From Promethearchaeota archaeon (GTDB lineage: Archaea > Asgardarchaeota > Lokiarchaeia > Sigyniarchaeales > SOKP01), in the NCBI GenBank assembly GCA_048941015.1, contig JBHLNZ010000028.1, forward strand, positions 1 through 39,991: a stretch of DNA of 39,991 nt, given 5' to 3'. Below the pieces are notes generated by a model that saw nothing but the letters and a program-made list of their open reading frames with translations, was not told the DNA's origin and made no database searches. The position numbers and the translations under genes were made by a program. Below, one piece after another: positions 1 through 9,308 of this stretch (the stretch's first letter is position 1; each line of letters starts with the position of its first letter).

Positions 1-758
1 TATTTCATCGCAGGTAGTCCAACATATATCCACCCCGGTTCAATAAATTGATTAAAATTAGTATTAGTAAACGCACCTGTTACCGAATCATCTCCCAAAA
101 ATGTTCCAGGGGCTATATTTGATACTCCTCCTGCAACTGTATACTCTCCAAATACAACTTTTTTTATAATTAAATATTTTCCAACGACCATTGAACTCAT
201 TACTACAGTGCCTTGCCCAATAGTTACTCTTCTGCCAAATTCAATGAAATCAGTGTCTACCCATGCATCTTGAAGGTGACTAGAGAAATCTATCCTGACT
301 CCAAACCATCTGAAGCCCCACATTACAATCCAAGGCAACGGACTATTATTCATTAACCATAACGCTAATTTCTTCACTTCAATTCTCAATCTCCAAAACT
401 CAAATTCTGGATCCCCTTTTTCTGCTTTAAAGATGCCCTCTCTAGGCTTATGCACCATATTAATCATTAATAAAAAAGCTTTAGAAAAAATTGCGATTCC
501 AAAAATAAAGATGAAATATAAAATGAAAAGCCAAAATGGTAGAAGTAGCATTGTTATTATCCAATTATTAATATATCTTGAAACATCAAAAAAGACGGCT
601 ACAGCCATATATCCACTAACCCATAGAATAGGAATATAAATTGCAAGAAACTTTATACTAATTTTGCTTATAGCACTACTGGTTACAAAATCAATAATAT
701 AATCTACTTTATTATCATCTGTTTCTTTATCATTAGATGCTGGAGTATCATTAGTCAT
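1..758 (-). CDS. Membrane protein with left-handed beta-helix (acyltransferase-like) domain, 3'-truncated by the window edge; paralog of the C-terminal half of 2744..4576
   Basis: Not in the ORF track; translated by hand from the ATG at 758, which overlaps the end of 751..1665: MTNDTPASND...DFVTSSAISKISIKFLAIYIP...HKPREGIF...EFEFWRLRIE...DAWVDTDFIEFGRRVTIGQG...GWIYVGLPAMK. It aligns colinearly with DFTTSGAISRVNIKFLAVYLP...DAWCDAEFVDFGRRVVIGQG of the 610-aa ORF. Confidence 0.85.
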   Translation of the reverse strand, partial: MTNDTPASNDKETDDNKVDYIIDFVTSSAISKISIKFLAIYIPILWVSGYMAVAVFFDVSRYINNWIITMLLLPFWLFILYFIFIFGIAIFSKAFLLMINMVHKPREGIFKAEKGDPEFEFWRLRIEVKKLALWLMNNSPLPWIVMWGFRWFGVRIDFSSHLQDAWVDTDFIEFGRRVTIGQGTVVMSSMVVGKYLIIKKVVFGEYTVAGGVSNIAPGTFLGDDSVTGAFTNTNFNQFIEPGWIYVGLPAMK

Positions 759-1665
759 TAGACATCCCTCTCTCTTTAGAAATTTGCTCCATAGTTTTAG
801 TTTTAAGTTCATCTGCTTTCTCAAGATCCGCTTCAGAAACTTGAAGATATTCCATTAGTCTTTTTTTAAAAATACGTCTTAAAGGAGCTCCAAAATAATA
901 ATTGTCTCCTTTCAAAAGATTAAATTTGGTTGCGCCTGTCATCGGGAGAAACCATGAATTATCATTAATTACATTTCCTGGTCCAATACAATTGAAAGCA
1001 CCGGTAGTGACGTTATTTCCAATTTTAACTTTGAAATAACTTAGATTTCCAAATATTCCTTCGACCGCATGGGAACTAAAAGCGCCATTTACCCCAAAAT
1101 AGCAATTATCTCCAACTTCTATAAATCTATCTGCACCAACGTTTTCTTCAATAGTTGTAGCTTTTCCTATCTTATTAGATCCAATAAAATTGTATAACCA
1201 ATTTATTAACCAAGGGAAAGGACCTCTTATAACAGCATTTTTAGGATATTTAATCATAAAACTACGAATATGGTAATAATTCAATGTTTTACTGGGAATA
1301 TTTCTTGGAATAATGCCATCCTTAGAAGGAGACTTTTTTTCAGTTATACTCCAAAACCATTTTGTAATGGCTGCTGCAATCAGAATATGAATCAAATAGC
1401 ATATAATTAGGATAAAAGGCATGAAAATTGACGCGAGTAATGGTTCTAAGTTAGTAAAAATCGAAATAAAATTATTATTTTCTAGAAAATACGGTAAATA
1501 GAAATACATTACATATAACATTAGTATAATGGCGGGAATCAGAAGAGAACTAAAATAAACTACAAAAAATGATCCTAAATACCAATGAAATTGAAGATTG
1601 ATTTCCTCCTTTATAATATTCTGGCCTTCAGTGTTTTTTTTATTACTGTTTTGATCTTGACTCAT
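751..1665 (-). CDS. Membrane protein with left-handed beta-helix (acyltransferase-like) domain; paralog of the N-terminal half of 2744..4576
   Basis: Two N-terminal TM helices, hexapeptide-like repeats (IEVGDNCYFG, VKIGNNVTTG, IGPGNVINDNS), an SSHAVEG motif and a terminal YYFGAP. Confidence 0.8.
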   Translation of the reverse strand: MSQDQNSNKKNTEGQNIIKEEINLQFHWYLGSFFVVYFSSLLIPAIILMLYVMYFYLPYFLENNNFISIFTNLEPLLASIFMPFILIICYLIHILIAAAITKWFWSITEKKSPSKDGIIPRNIPSKTLNYYHIRSFMIKYPKNAVIRGPFPWLINWLYNFIGSNKIGKATTIEENVGADRFIEVGDNCYFGVNGAFSSHAVEGIFGNLSYFKVKIGNNVTTGAFNCIGPGNVINDNSWFLPMTGATKFNLLKGDNYYFGAPLRRIFKKRLMEYLQVSEADLEKADELKTKTMEQISKERGMSND

Positions 1666-1825
1666 ATTATAACTTAAAGCAATTATAATAAATATAAAAT
1701 AATAATTGTAGAGATAAATCTATAGTTATAAGTATAAATGTATTTAAAAATATCAAGTCTATAGTTTATAGAATATTTTTTCAATTGTTTTTAATATAAA
1801 AAAGAAAAAGAAATTTATAAAATCT

Positions 1826-2659
1826 TTATGATTTTTGTTTTTTTTTTGGAAACCAGGGAAAAAAAGCACTAGTTCTTCTTTTGTAATCAAGATAAGCTTC
1901 ATTTCCTTCAAATCTTTTATCTAATAACCTTATCCCTGATACTTTAATGATTTGAAATGTTATATAGGCTGGACCTATAAAAGTTATAAATCCATAAGGC
2001 ACTGCTAGCGCAATAATAAATAAACCCCACCATTGGGTTACTTCTCCAAAATAATTTGGATGTTGAGTGTATTTCCACAATCCCTTATCCATGATTTTTC
2101 CTCTATTTTCTGGTTTTTGCAAAAACTTATATAGACTCCAATCTCCAAAAGTTTCGAATATAAATCCTACAAACCAAACTAAAGAACCTAACCAGAGTGT
2201 AATCCCATAAAAATCTAATAAAGAGCTAAGAGGAGGGTTGTCGCTTATATTGACAAACCAAACAGGAAAATCAACCAAAAAGATAATAATTCCTTGAAAA
2301 AGATAGATTTTCAAAAAACTTTTTAGTGCTATATTTTTTTTCCATCTCTCTCTCATAGCAGCATATCTATAATCTTCTGGCTTACCACGATTTCTGATAT
2401 AAACATATGTAGCAATCCTTACTGCCCAGATTAACACAAGGAAAGTTGAAATAATTTGTCTTATAGAGAATTCATTTGTTAGAATAAGATAGGAAATAAA
2501 GCTCGTTAGAGAAACAACGAAGTATGCTGGACCATAAAATATATCCATAAGTCCATTATTTTTTTTTATTGTACCAGTTATAAAAGCAATTATTATATAT
2601 ATGAAAAGCGCAATCGCTGAAATACCTATGATTAATAACATATTTTCTATAGTTGCCAT
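1826..2659 (-). CDS. DUF1295 / steroid 5-alpha-reductase-like membrane protein
   Basis: Multi-TM protein with the motifs EDYRY, FETFGD, GLWKYTQHPNYFGE and YKRRTSAFFPW. Confidence 0.9.
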   Translation of the reverse strand: MATIENMLLIIGISAIALFIYIIIAFITGTIKKNNGLMDIFYGPAYFVVSLTSFISYLILTNEFSIRQIISTFLVLIWAVRIATYVYIRNRGKPEDYRYAAMRERWKKNIALKSFLKIYLFQGIIIFLVDFPVWFVNISDNPPLSSLLDFYGITLWLGSLVWFVGFIFETFGDWSLYKFLQKPENRGKIMDKGLWKYTQHPNYFGEVTQWWGLFIIALAVPYGFITFIGPAYITFQIIKVSGIRLLDKRFEGNEAYLDYKRRTSAFFPWFPKKKQKS

Positions 2660-2743
2660 AATTAGAATTATGTATATTAATTTATATAATAAGCGATAAA
2701 ATCAAAAGGAATTTATATTTTGTACTTATGTTTTAAAAATTTA

Positions 2744-4576
2744 TCAGGCAATATCTTTTTTATCATCATCAATGTTGATTTCATGTTCAATTTCAAATTT
2801 CCTTTCAGCATCTACATCTTTTTTCATTATAAGGTCCCTACGAGATTCAGCATATTTATTTGGCTTTATTTTAATTACAGGGATGCCAATATAAATAAAA
2901 CCAGGCTCTAAATATTGGTTGTATAATGTGGTTGAAATTGCAGCAATAACGGTGTCTTTACCAACAATTGTCCCTGGAGCGATTGTTGTATGCCCTCCTA
3001 CTAACACATAATCATCAAAAAAAACTCTTTTAATTATTAGGTATTTACCTATTACCATACTGGACATAATTGTCGCGCCCTGTCCAATAACTACTCTACG
3101 CCCAAAATCTACAAATTCAGCATCGCACCATGCATCATAGAGATAACTTGAGAAATCAATGCTGATTCCAAACCATCTAAAAGCCAAAACATCGACCCAA
3201 GGTATAGGGCAATTTCTCATCAACCATAAAACGATCTTCTTGAGCTCAGTCCTTAGACACCAGAATTCAAAATCTGTATCACCAATTTGAGCGAGGAAAA
3301 CACCCTCTTTAGGTTTATGGATTAAATTCACTAGAATAAGAAGTAATTTACTAAGAAGAAAGCAGCTTAAAATAAACATAAACCATAAAATTAAGATCAT
3401 TGTAGGTAAGAAGTATATAAAGAGAATGATATTATTGAGAAGGAATGAATAGGTATAAAATGAGATTGCAACGATTAATCCTGCGAGCCAAAATATTGGG
3501 AGATATACTGCTAAGAATTTGATATTAACTCTGCTAATTGCACCACTTGTAGTAAAATCGACTGCTAAGTCCTTCTCTGATAATTTATTTACATCAACAG
3601 GTTTTTCCAGAATTTCTTGCTTATTAGCTGTAGATTCATTAAAGAGTTCTCCTTTCTCAGTTTCTACAGTTTTTCTTTCTGACTTATCTTTTGGGTTTTT
3701 TTCAAGATATTCATTGATATTTTCATTTATTTGGAGGTTTTTGGGGGTTAAATCTAAATATCTCATAACTTTTTTGTTAAAGATTCGACGTAGTGGAATT
3801 CCAAAATAATAGTTATTACCTCTTAAAATGTTATGTTTTGTGGCCGAAGCTAAAGGTAAAAGGTAGGAATTATCATTTATCTCGGTTCCTGGACCGATTT
3901 GATTTGAACCCGCTAAAGTGACGTTATCGCCTACTTTTATTTGAAAATAGGCTATATTTCCGAACAGACCTTCTACTAAATGGGACGATAATGTGGAGTT
4001 AACCCCAATATAGCAATTCTTTCCAACGATCGCAAATTTTTCATTTCCAACTGATTCTTCGAGAGTGGAACCTTTTCCTAATTTTGTAGAACCTATAAAA
4101 TTAAATAAAGCATTAGATAACCAAGGAAAGAAACCTTTCATGAAAGAATTCTTAGGGTGCTTAATTAGGAACGATCTGAGATGGTAAAATTTTTCAGTTT
4201 TACTTTTGATATTGCGAGGGATGATTCCGTTTTTAGAGGGTGATTTTTTTTCTGTATAATTCCATATTATTTTGGTAATAAGAGCTAAAAAGAATAATCT
4301 TAATAGATAGCAGAATATCATTACTAGAGGCATTGTTATCAGTGCTAGTAATGGATTTAGTTCAGTGAAAATTGAGACAAAGGTGGAAGTCTCTAAGAAA
4401 TTTGGCAAGAAAAATAGTAAGAAGTAAACCAAAAAGCATATAGTGGGGATTAAGAGCGAAGCTAAATAGATTGTCGCAAATATTACGAAATATAAGAAAT
4501 ATTGGAAGCCTAATTCTTCTTTAATAACTTCTGGTTTTAATTCTTCTAAGCCATCTTTTTCAGAGTCAATAGACAT
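2744..4576 (-). CDS. Membrane protein with two tandem (TM hairpin + left-handed beta-helix) modules
   Basis: Two modules, each with TM helices, hexapeptide repeats and a YxGIP end, joined by a charged linker. Module 1 carries SSHLVEG. Confidence 0.8.
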   Translation of the reverse strand: MSIDSEKDGLEELKPEVIKEELGFQYFLYFVIFATIYLASLLIPTICFLVYFLLFFLPNFLETSTFVSIFTELNPLLALITMPLVMIFCYLLRLFFLALITKIIWNYTEKKSPSKNGIIPRNIKSKTEKFYHLRSFLIKHPKNSFMKGFFPWLSNALFNFIGSTKLGKGSTLEESVGNEKFAIVGKNCYIGVNSTLSSHLVEGLFGNIAYFQIKVGDNVTLAGSNQIGPGTEINDNSYLLPLASATKHNILRGNNYYFGIPLRRIFNKKVMRYLDLTPKNLQINENINEYLEKNPKDKSERKTVETEKGELFNESTANKQEILEKPVDVNKLSEKDLAVDFTTSGAISRVNIKFLAVYLPIFWLAGLIVAISFYTYSFLLNNIILFIYFLPTMILILWFMFILSCFLLSKLLLILVNLIHKPKEGVFLAQIGDTDFEFWCLRTELKKIVLWLMRNCPIPWVDVLAFRWFGISIDFSSYLYDAWCDAEFVDFGRRVVIGQGATIMSSMVIGKYLIIKRVFFDDYVLVGGHTTIAPGTIVGKDTVIAAISTTLYNQYLEPGFIYIGIPVIKIKPNKYAESRRDLIMKKDVDAERKFEIEHEINIDDDKKDIA

Positions 4577-5017
4577 ATTTTTTTCCTGATTGATTCCTAA
4601 AAGAAAAAAGGAAATGATTGAATATAAGAATCTTTTTTACATATTAAAATATTTTATGAATTTATAGTATTTTCTGGAAATTAATAATTTTTCAATCAAT
4701 TTTTGTTTAAATACTTTCTAAAATTAAAAAATTTGATACAGTGCGACATAAATTCGACATAAAATTCTTTTCAAGGCTATAAAATAAAATAGTTAAAAAT
4801 TAAAACGTAAATTTCCTTGTATTCCATGAATTACTTGAAATATTTCCCTTAAAAGTTAGGAAAAAGTAATCAATGGTTTAATATGTACAAAAGATCAATT
4901 TTATATTATATCAAAGCATTAATTTATAGGTAGGTTAAGGCAAAAAAAATTATTAAAAATTTAAAAGAGCCGATAAAATTAAGAACGTAAATTTTTTTAT
5001 ATTTGTGGAGGAATAGA

Positions 5018-7258
5018 ATGACCAATAATTCTTTTTCGTTAATTGATTTGTATCCAAAGTATGTTATTAACTCCAAAGGGGAAAAGAAGAAGTTCGATGA
5101 AACTAATATCGCTAAGGTGCTAAATAAAGAAACGGGGTTAGACATGCATATTGCGGTGAAAGTAGCAGAAGATGTAATCCGTAAGATAATTGGACTTGGA
5201 GTAGATGAAATTACTACGAACTATATTCGTGAGTTAGTATGTGTAGAATTAACTCAACGAGGAATGAATAAATATCGAAATTTATTTGCTCGAGCTATCA
5301 ATCTTGAAAATATCTCATTTAAACTTGATGATAATTTTCTAAAGCAATTTAAAGGAAAACAACCTGAGTGGGGTCCATTAGGGTATATTACGTATAAAAG
5401 AACCTATGCTCGAATAATAGAAAAAGAAAATCGTAAAGAAGAATTTTGGGAGACTATTAGAAGGGTGGTTGAAGGATGCTATTCAATTCAAAAGGAACAC
5501 TGTATCAAATTAAGCTTACCTTGGTCTGACGAGAAAGCTCAAAAATCAGCACAAATAATGTTTAAAAAAATTTGGGATTTTAAATTCTTACCACCAGGCA
5601 GAGGACTCTGGATGATGGGTACTGAGTTTATCGCTCGGCATGGATCGATGTCCCTAAATAATTGTGGTTTTGCTTCTACAGAGGATATTGATCGAAAATA
5701 CTCTAAGGCTTTTGAATTTGTAATGGATGCTTTAATGCTTGGTGTTGGAGTAGGTTTTGATACCAAAGGAGCAGGAAAATTAACAATAAAAAAACCAAAA
5801 GAAGGAAAGTTTGAATTTCAGATCCCTGATAGTAGAGAAGGCTGGGTTGAGGCTCTTAAATTAATATTAGAAGCCTATTTTTTGGGAAAACAAATTCCGG
5901 AATATAATTTTAGTTCAGTTCGGCCCGCAGGAGTTCCCATTAGGGGTTTTGGAGGAATAGCTTCAGGTCCAGAACCATTAAAACAGATGCTTGAGGATAT
6001 AAAAAAGATCTTAGAGAAAAGAATTGGTCAAAAAATTACTTCTGTAGATATTGTTGATATTATGAATCTGGTTGGTAGATGTGTAGTTGCGGGAAATGTA
6101 CGTAGAAGCGCTGAAATCGCTTTAGGTGAACCTACTGATTTGGAGTTTGTAACATGTAAACAAGATGAAAAGGCACTTTATAGCCATAGATGGGCAAGTA
6201 ATAATTCTGTTTTTGCTGTAAAGGGTTTAGATTACTCATTTATTGCAAATCAAATTGCTGTAAATGGAGAACCAGGCGTTTTTTGGCTAGAGAATGCTAA
6301 AAACTATTCTCGAATGGGAGATAAACCAGACTTTAAAGATAAGAAAGCTGCAGGAGTTAATCCCTGTGGTGAACAGACATTAGAAAGTTTCGAATTATGT
6401 TGCCTTGTGGAGACTTTTCCATCAAGACATGAATCTTATGAAGAATTTCAACATACGCTTAAATATGCTTATCTTTATTCTAAATCCGTTACGTTGGTAA
6501 ATACTCATTGGAAGGAGACAAATGCTGTAATGCTAAAAAACAGAAGAATGGGTATCTCTCAAACAGGAATTATTGAGGCTTTTAAAAAGCATGGAAGAAG
6601 AACAATGTTAGAGTGGTGTGAAAAGGCTTATAATTATCTTAGAAACTTAGATGAAGATTATTCTGATTGGTTATGTATTCCGAAATCAATAAAATTAACC
6701 ACCGTAAAACCGAGTGGGACAGTAAGCTTATTACCTGGTGTTCCTCCAGGAATTCATTATCCTCATTCAGAGTATTATATTCGAAGAATTCGACTCTCTA
6801 AAAACTCTGATTTAATAGAACCGATAAAAAAAGCGGGATATTTTATTGAGGATGATTCATATTCACCGAATACTGTAGTTGCTGAGTTTCCTGTTCATGA
6901 AACGTACTTCGATCGTTCAAAAACAGAGGTCTCAATTTGGGAACAAGCTGAAAATGCAGCCGCCTATCAGAAATATTGGTCAGATAATCAAGTATCAATT
7001 ACTATAACCTTTAAGAAAGAAGAAGCAAATCAGATCAAGCATGTTTTAGAATGTTTTGAAGATACGCTAAAAAGTGTGAGCTTCTTGCCAATAAAAGATC
7101 ATGGATATAAACAGGCTCCTTATGAACTTATCTCTAAAGAGAGATATGAAGAAATAGTCTCAAATATAAAACCACTTCAATTAGATGAGACAAGAGATCG
7201 TGCTATTGGGGAGAAATTTTGCGATAGCGATGTTTGTGAAGTTAGATTCGAAAAATAA
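5018..7258 (+). CDS. nrdJ: Adenosylcobalamin-dependent (class II) ribonucleoside-triphosphate reductase with N-terminal ATP-cone
   Basis: Motifs YKRTYAR, FLPPGRGLW, LNNC, GNVRRSAE, NPCGEQTLE (thiyl Cys), TTVKPSGTVS and a C-terminal CDSDVC. The N-terminal VINSKGEKKKFD is ATP-cone-like. Start moved to ATG 5018 because GGAGG lies at 5007-5011. Confidence 0.92.
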   Translation: MTNNSFSLIDLYPKYVINSKGEKKKFDETNIAKVLNKETGLDMHIAVKVAEDVIRKIIGLGVDEITTNYIRELVCVELTQRGMNKYRNLFARAINLENISFKLDDNFLKQFKGKQPEWGPLGYITYKRTYARIIEKENRKEEFWETIRRVVEGCYSIQKEHCIKLSLPWSDEKAQKSAQIMFKKIWDFKFLPPGRGLWMMGTEFIARHGSMSLNNCGFASTEDIDRKYSKAFEFVMDALMLGVGVGFDTKGAGKLTIKKPKEGKFEFQIPDSREGWVEALKLILEAYFLGKQIPEYNFSSVRPAGVPIRGFGGIASGPEPLKQMLEDIKKILEKRIGQKITSVDIVDIMNLVGRCVVAGNVRRSAEIALGEPTDLEFVTCKQDEKALYSHRWASNNSVFAVKGLDYSFIANQIAVNGEPGVFWLENAKNYSRMGDKPDFKDKKAAGVNPCGEQTLESFELCCLVETFPSRHESYEEFQHTLKYAYLYSKSVTLVNTHWKETNAVMLKNRRMGISQTGIIEAFKKHGRRTMLEWCEKAYNYLRNLDEDYSDWLCIPKSIKLTTVKPSGTVSLLPGVPPGIHYPHSEYYIRRIRLSKNSDLIEPIKKAGYFIEDDSYSPNTVVAEFPVHETYFDRSKTEVSIWEQAENAAAYQKYWSDNQVSITITFKKEEANQIKHVLECFEDTLKSVSFLPIKDHGYKQAPYELISKERYEEIVSNIKPLQLDETRDRAIGEKFCDSDVCEVRFEK

Positions 7259-7432
7259 TATTTAATTTTAGTTAAAATTTTATTAGCAGGATACTATGAT
7301 TAATAACTTTGTAGCTAAAATTATAAACTTATATTCACTTCATTATTACTAAAGAATATTTTGAGTAAAAAATAAAAACAATTTAAAGAAAGTAATTTTA
7401 TCATATTAGAATTTTAAATAAAGTGATTAAAT

Positions 7433-8368
7433 ATGACAGAAGAAGATCCCGTAGAAGAAATAGAAAAGATGGCAGAAAAGAAGCCGAAAAAACCTCGTAC
7501 AAAAGCAAGAGCAACACCTTCTAAGAAAACAACAAAAGCACAAGCTGCAGAAGTAACTGAAGCTGAAGTAGAAGCCCCTAAGCAAATTGTATATAAAAAA
7601 CTAAAAGTTAATTTTTGGCGAACTAGATTACATGATGAAGAATTAGGAATCCATCAACAACTTAAATACCAAGCAAAAACTCGTTGGTTTAGCAAGAATT
7701 TTGATATTGAGGGGGTAATTGAAGAAGATGACGAAAAGAAATATATTATAGGTTTTAATAAAGAACAATGGGAAGAAAACCCCTTAGAAGAAAAAAGATT
7801 AGTTTGTAGATTTTTCACTATTATGGAAGAATCCATGGACGCTACTCCTAAAGGTGGAAACTTTAAAGGTGGAGTAGAATTAAGTGTAGCACATTCTTTA
7901 ATACAAAGTTATGAAATAAAACACGCTGCTCCTGTATTCATCATGCAAATTCCAGGAACGATAAATTTGGTAAGATTAGTGAGAGGTTGGAGATTAGTTG
8001 GAACTCGTTGGACTTTTCCACTTCTTCCCGAAGAGAAAGATGATGAATTTCAAATGGTTCGAGCAAGGGGAGTGGTTGGTCCTGGAAGAAACTATAAACT
8101 CTCTATTGGCAAAAAACTTATTGCAAGAATAGATGGGCACCCTATCCAAAAAGAATTCGAGATAGAAATCTTCGATGAAGATTATGCCAAAGATAAGACT
8201 TTTGTTAAATATATGATTTTATTTGGATGCGCATGTAATTTTATGGATGGAGCAACAAAGCTTGTTAAGAGACTCTTTAAAAAGATGAAGAATACAGGAA
8301 GCTCTCCTTATAGACCGCCCAAAAACGAGCTTGATCTGTTTAGAAATCCAAGAATGATGCGTAGATAA
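7433..8368 (+). CDS. Hypothetical protein with a disordered K/E/A-rich N-terminus and a beta-rich domain (possibly tubby/LURP1/scramblase-like)
   Basis: 311-aa ORF. The C-terminal pattern NYKLSIGKKLIARID...FEIEI...hydrophobic helix suggests the fold; that call is tentative. Confidence 0.6.
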   Translation: MTEEDPVEEIEKMAEKKPKKPRTKARATPSKKTTKAQAAEVTEAEVEAPKQIVYKKLKVNFWRTRLHDEELGIHQQLKYQAKTRWFSKNFDIEGVIEEDDEKKYIIGFNKEQWEENPLEEKRLVCRFFTIMEESMDATPKGGNFKGGVELSVAHSLIQSYEIKHAAPVFIMQIPGTINLVRLVRGWRLVGTRWTFPLLPEEKDDEFQMVRARGVVGPGRNYKLSIGKKLIARIDGHPIQKEFEIEIFDEDYAKDKTFVKYMILFGCACNFMDGATKLVKRLFKKMKNTGSSPYRPPKNELDLFRNPRMMRR

Positions 8369-8415
8369 AAGTCTAGAAAAATTATAAAAAAATTTTTATT
8401 TTTATTTTTTAGAAG

Positions 8416-9183
8416 TTAGCTTAACATTTTTTTTTTCCAAGATTTATAGGCTCTAGTTTCTTTTCCGCGATAAATAGCTTTTTTCCCTGTTTGTTTTTCA
8501 TACACTTTTTGTAAAGTTTCTTCGTCAAGTCCTTTTAATTCATCCTTTTTAATTTCTTCTTCAATTTCATATTCTTCTTCAATACGTTTCACTCGTTTGA
8601 GTACAGAAAATACAGCATGATTCCAGAGAACAAATCCTAAATATATCAATCCTATTATTACAAGCATCAGGATTCCTATAAATAAAACCCATTCTCCTGG
8701 ATTAAATGTAAAAATATAAAGCCATAATTGAGCAACCCAATTCCAGACTAATGAAGGGATAATTACTACGACAAGCGTAATAAGAAAGATGTAAATACTA
8801 ATCAAAGTGACAGCAACTAAAAGTCTTAGAGTAGTATAATCTTCATATTTTTTAGCTAAGATTCTGTCTTTAAATATCTTTTGACATATTTTTAATATCC
8901 CACCTCTAAACAATATATAGAACAGGACCAGTAGAAAAAGATGGCCAACAATAATCCCCACAATAATAAGTGTTACTGCCCCTGGACCCCAACCTGCAAT
9001 TATGGTCCATCTTCCAGTTTCAATTAACCAACCGATAATTGTCAACCAAATTCCAAGGATTGTAATAGCAGCACCTACAATTAGGGCATAATAAATAATT
9101 TTAGCAATACGTATATCCCAAGTACTATATTCATCTAAAGGATCTGGTTCTCTAGTTGGTGCTCTTCTTGCTTTTCTTGGCAT
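8416..9183 (-). CDS. Hypothetical membrane protein (about 4 TM) with a charged C-terminal tail
   Basis: Hydrophobic segments and a C-terminal YEKQTGKKAIYRGKETRAYKSWK. Confidence 0.75.
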   Translation of the reverse strand: MPRKARRAPTREPDPLDEYSTWDIRIAKIIYYALIVGAAITILGIWLTIIGWLIETGRWTIIAGWGPGAVTLIIVGIIVGHLFLLVLFYILFRGGILKICQKIFKDRILAKKYEDYTTLRLLVAVTLISIYIFLITLVVVIIPSLVWNWVAQLWLYIFTFNPGEWVLFIGILMLVIIGLIYLGFVLWNHAVFSVLKRVKRIEEEYEIEEEIKKDELKGLDEETLQKVYEKQTGKKAIYRGKETRAYKSWKKKMLS

Positions 9184-9308
9184 AATTATTTTACCCTTTA
9201 TTAATAATTAAATTAAAATTTAGAATTTCTATTATTTTATATTTTATTTTAGTTTATTTGAATACTTTATCTATTTAAATATTATGGCGTTGATAAATTA
9301 GATCAATG

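Noticed and set aside
433-639. 68-aa + strand ORF
   Set aside because: It is an antisense shadow of the real minus-strand gene <1..758.
5003-5017. TTG start for nrdJ
   Set aside because: GGAGG at 5007-5011 favours ATG 5018.
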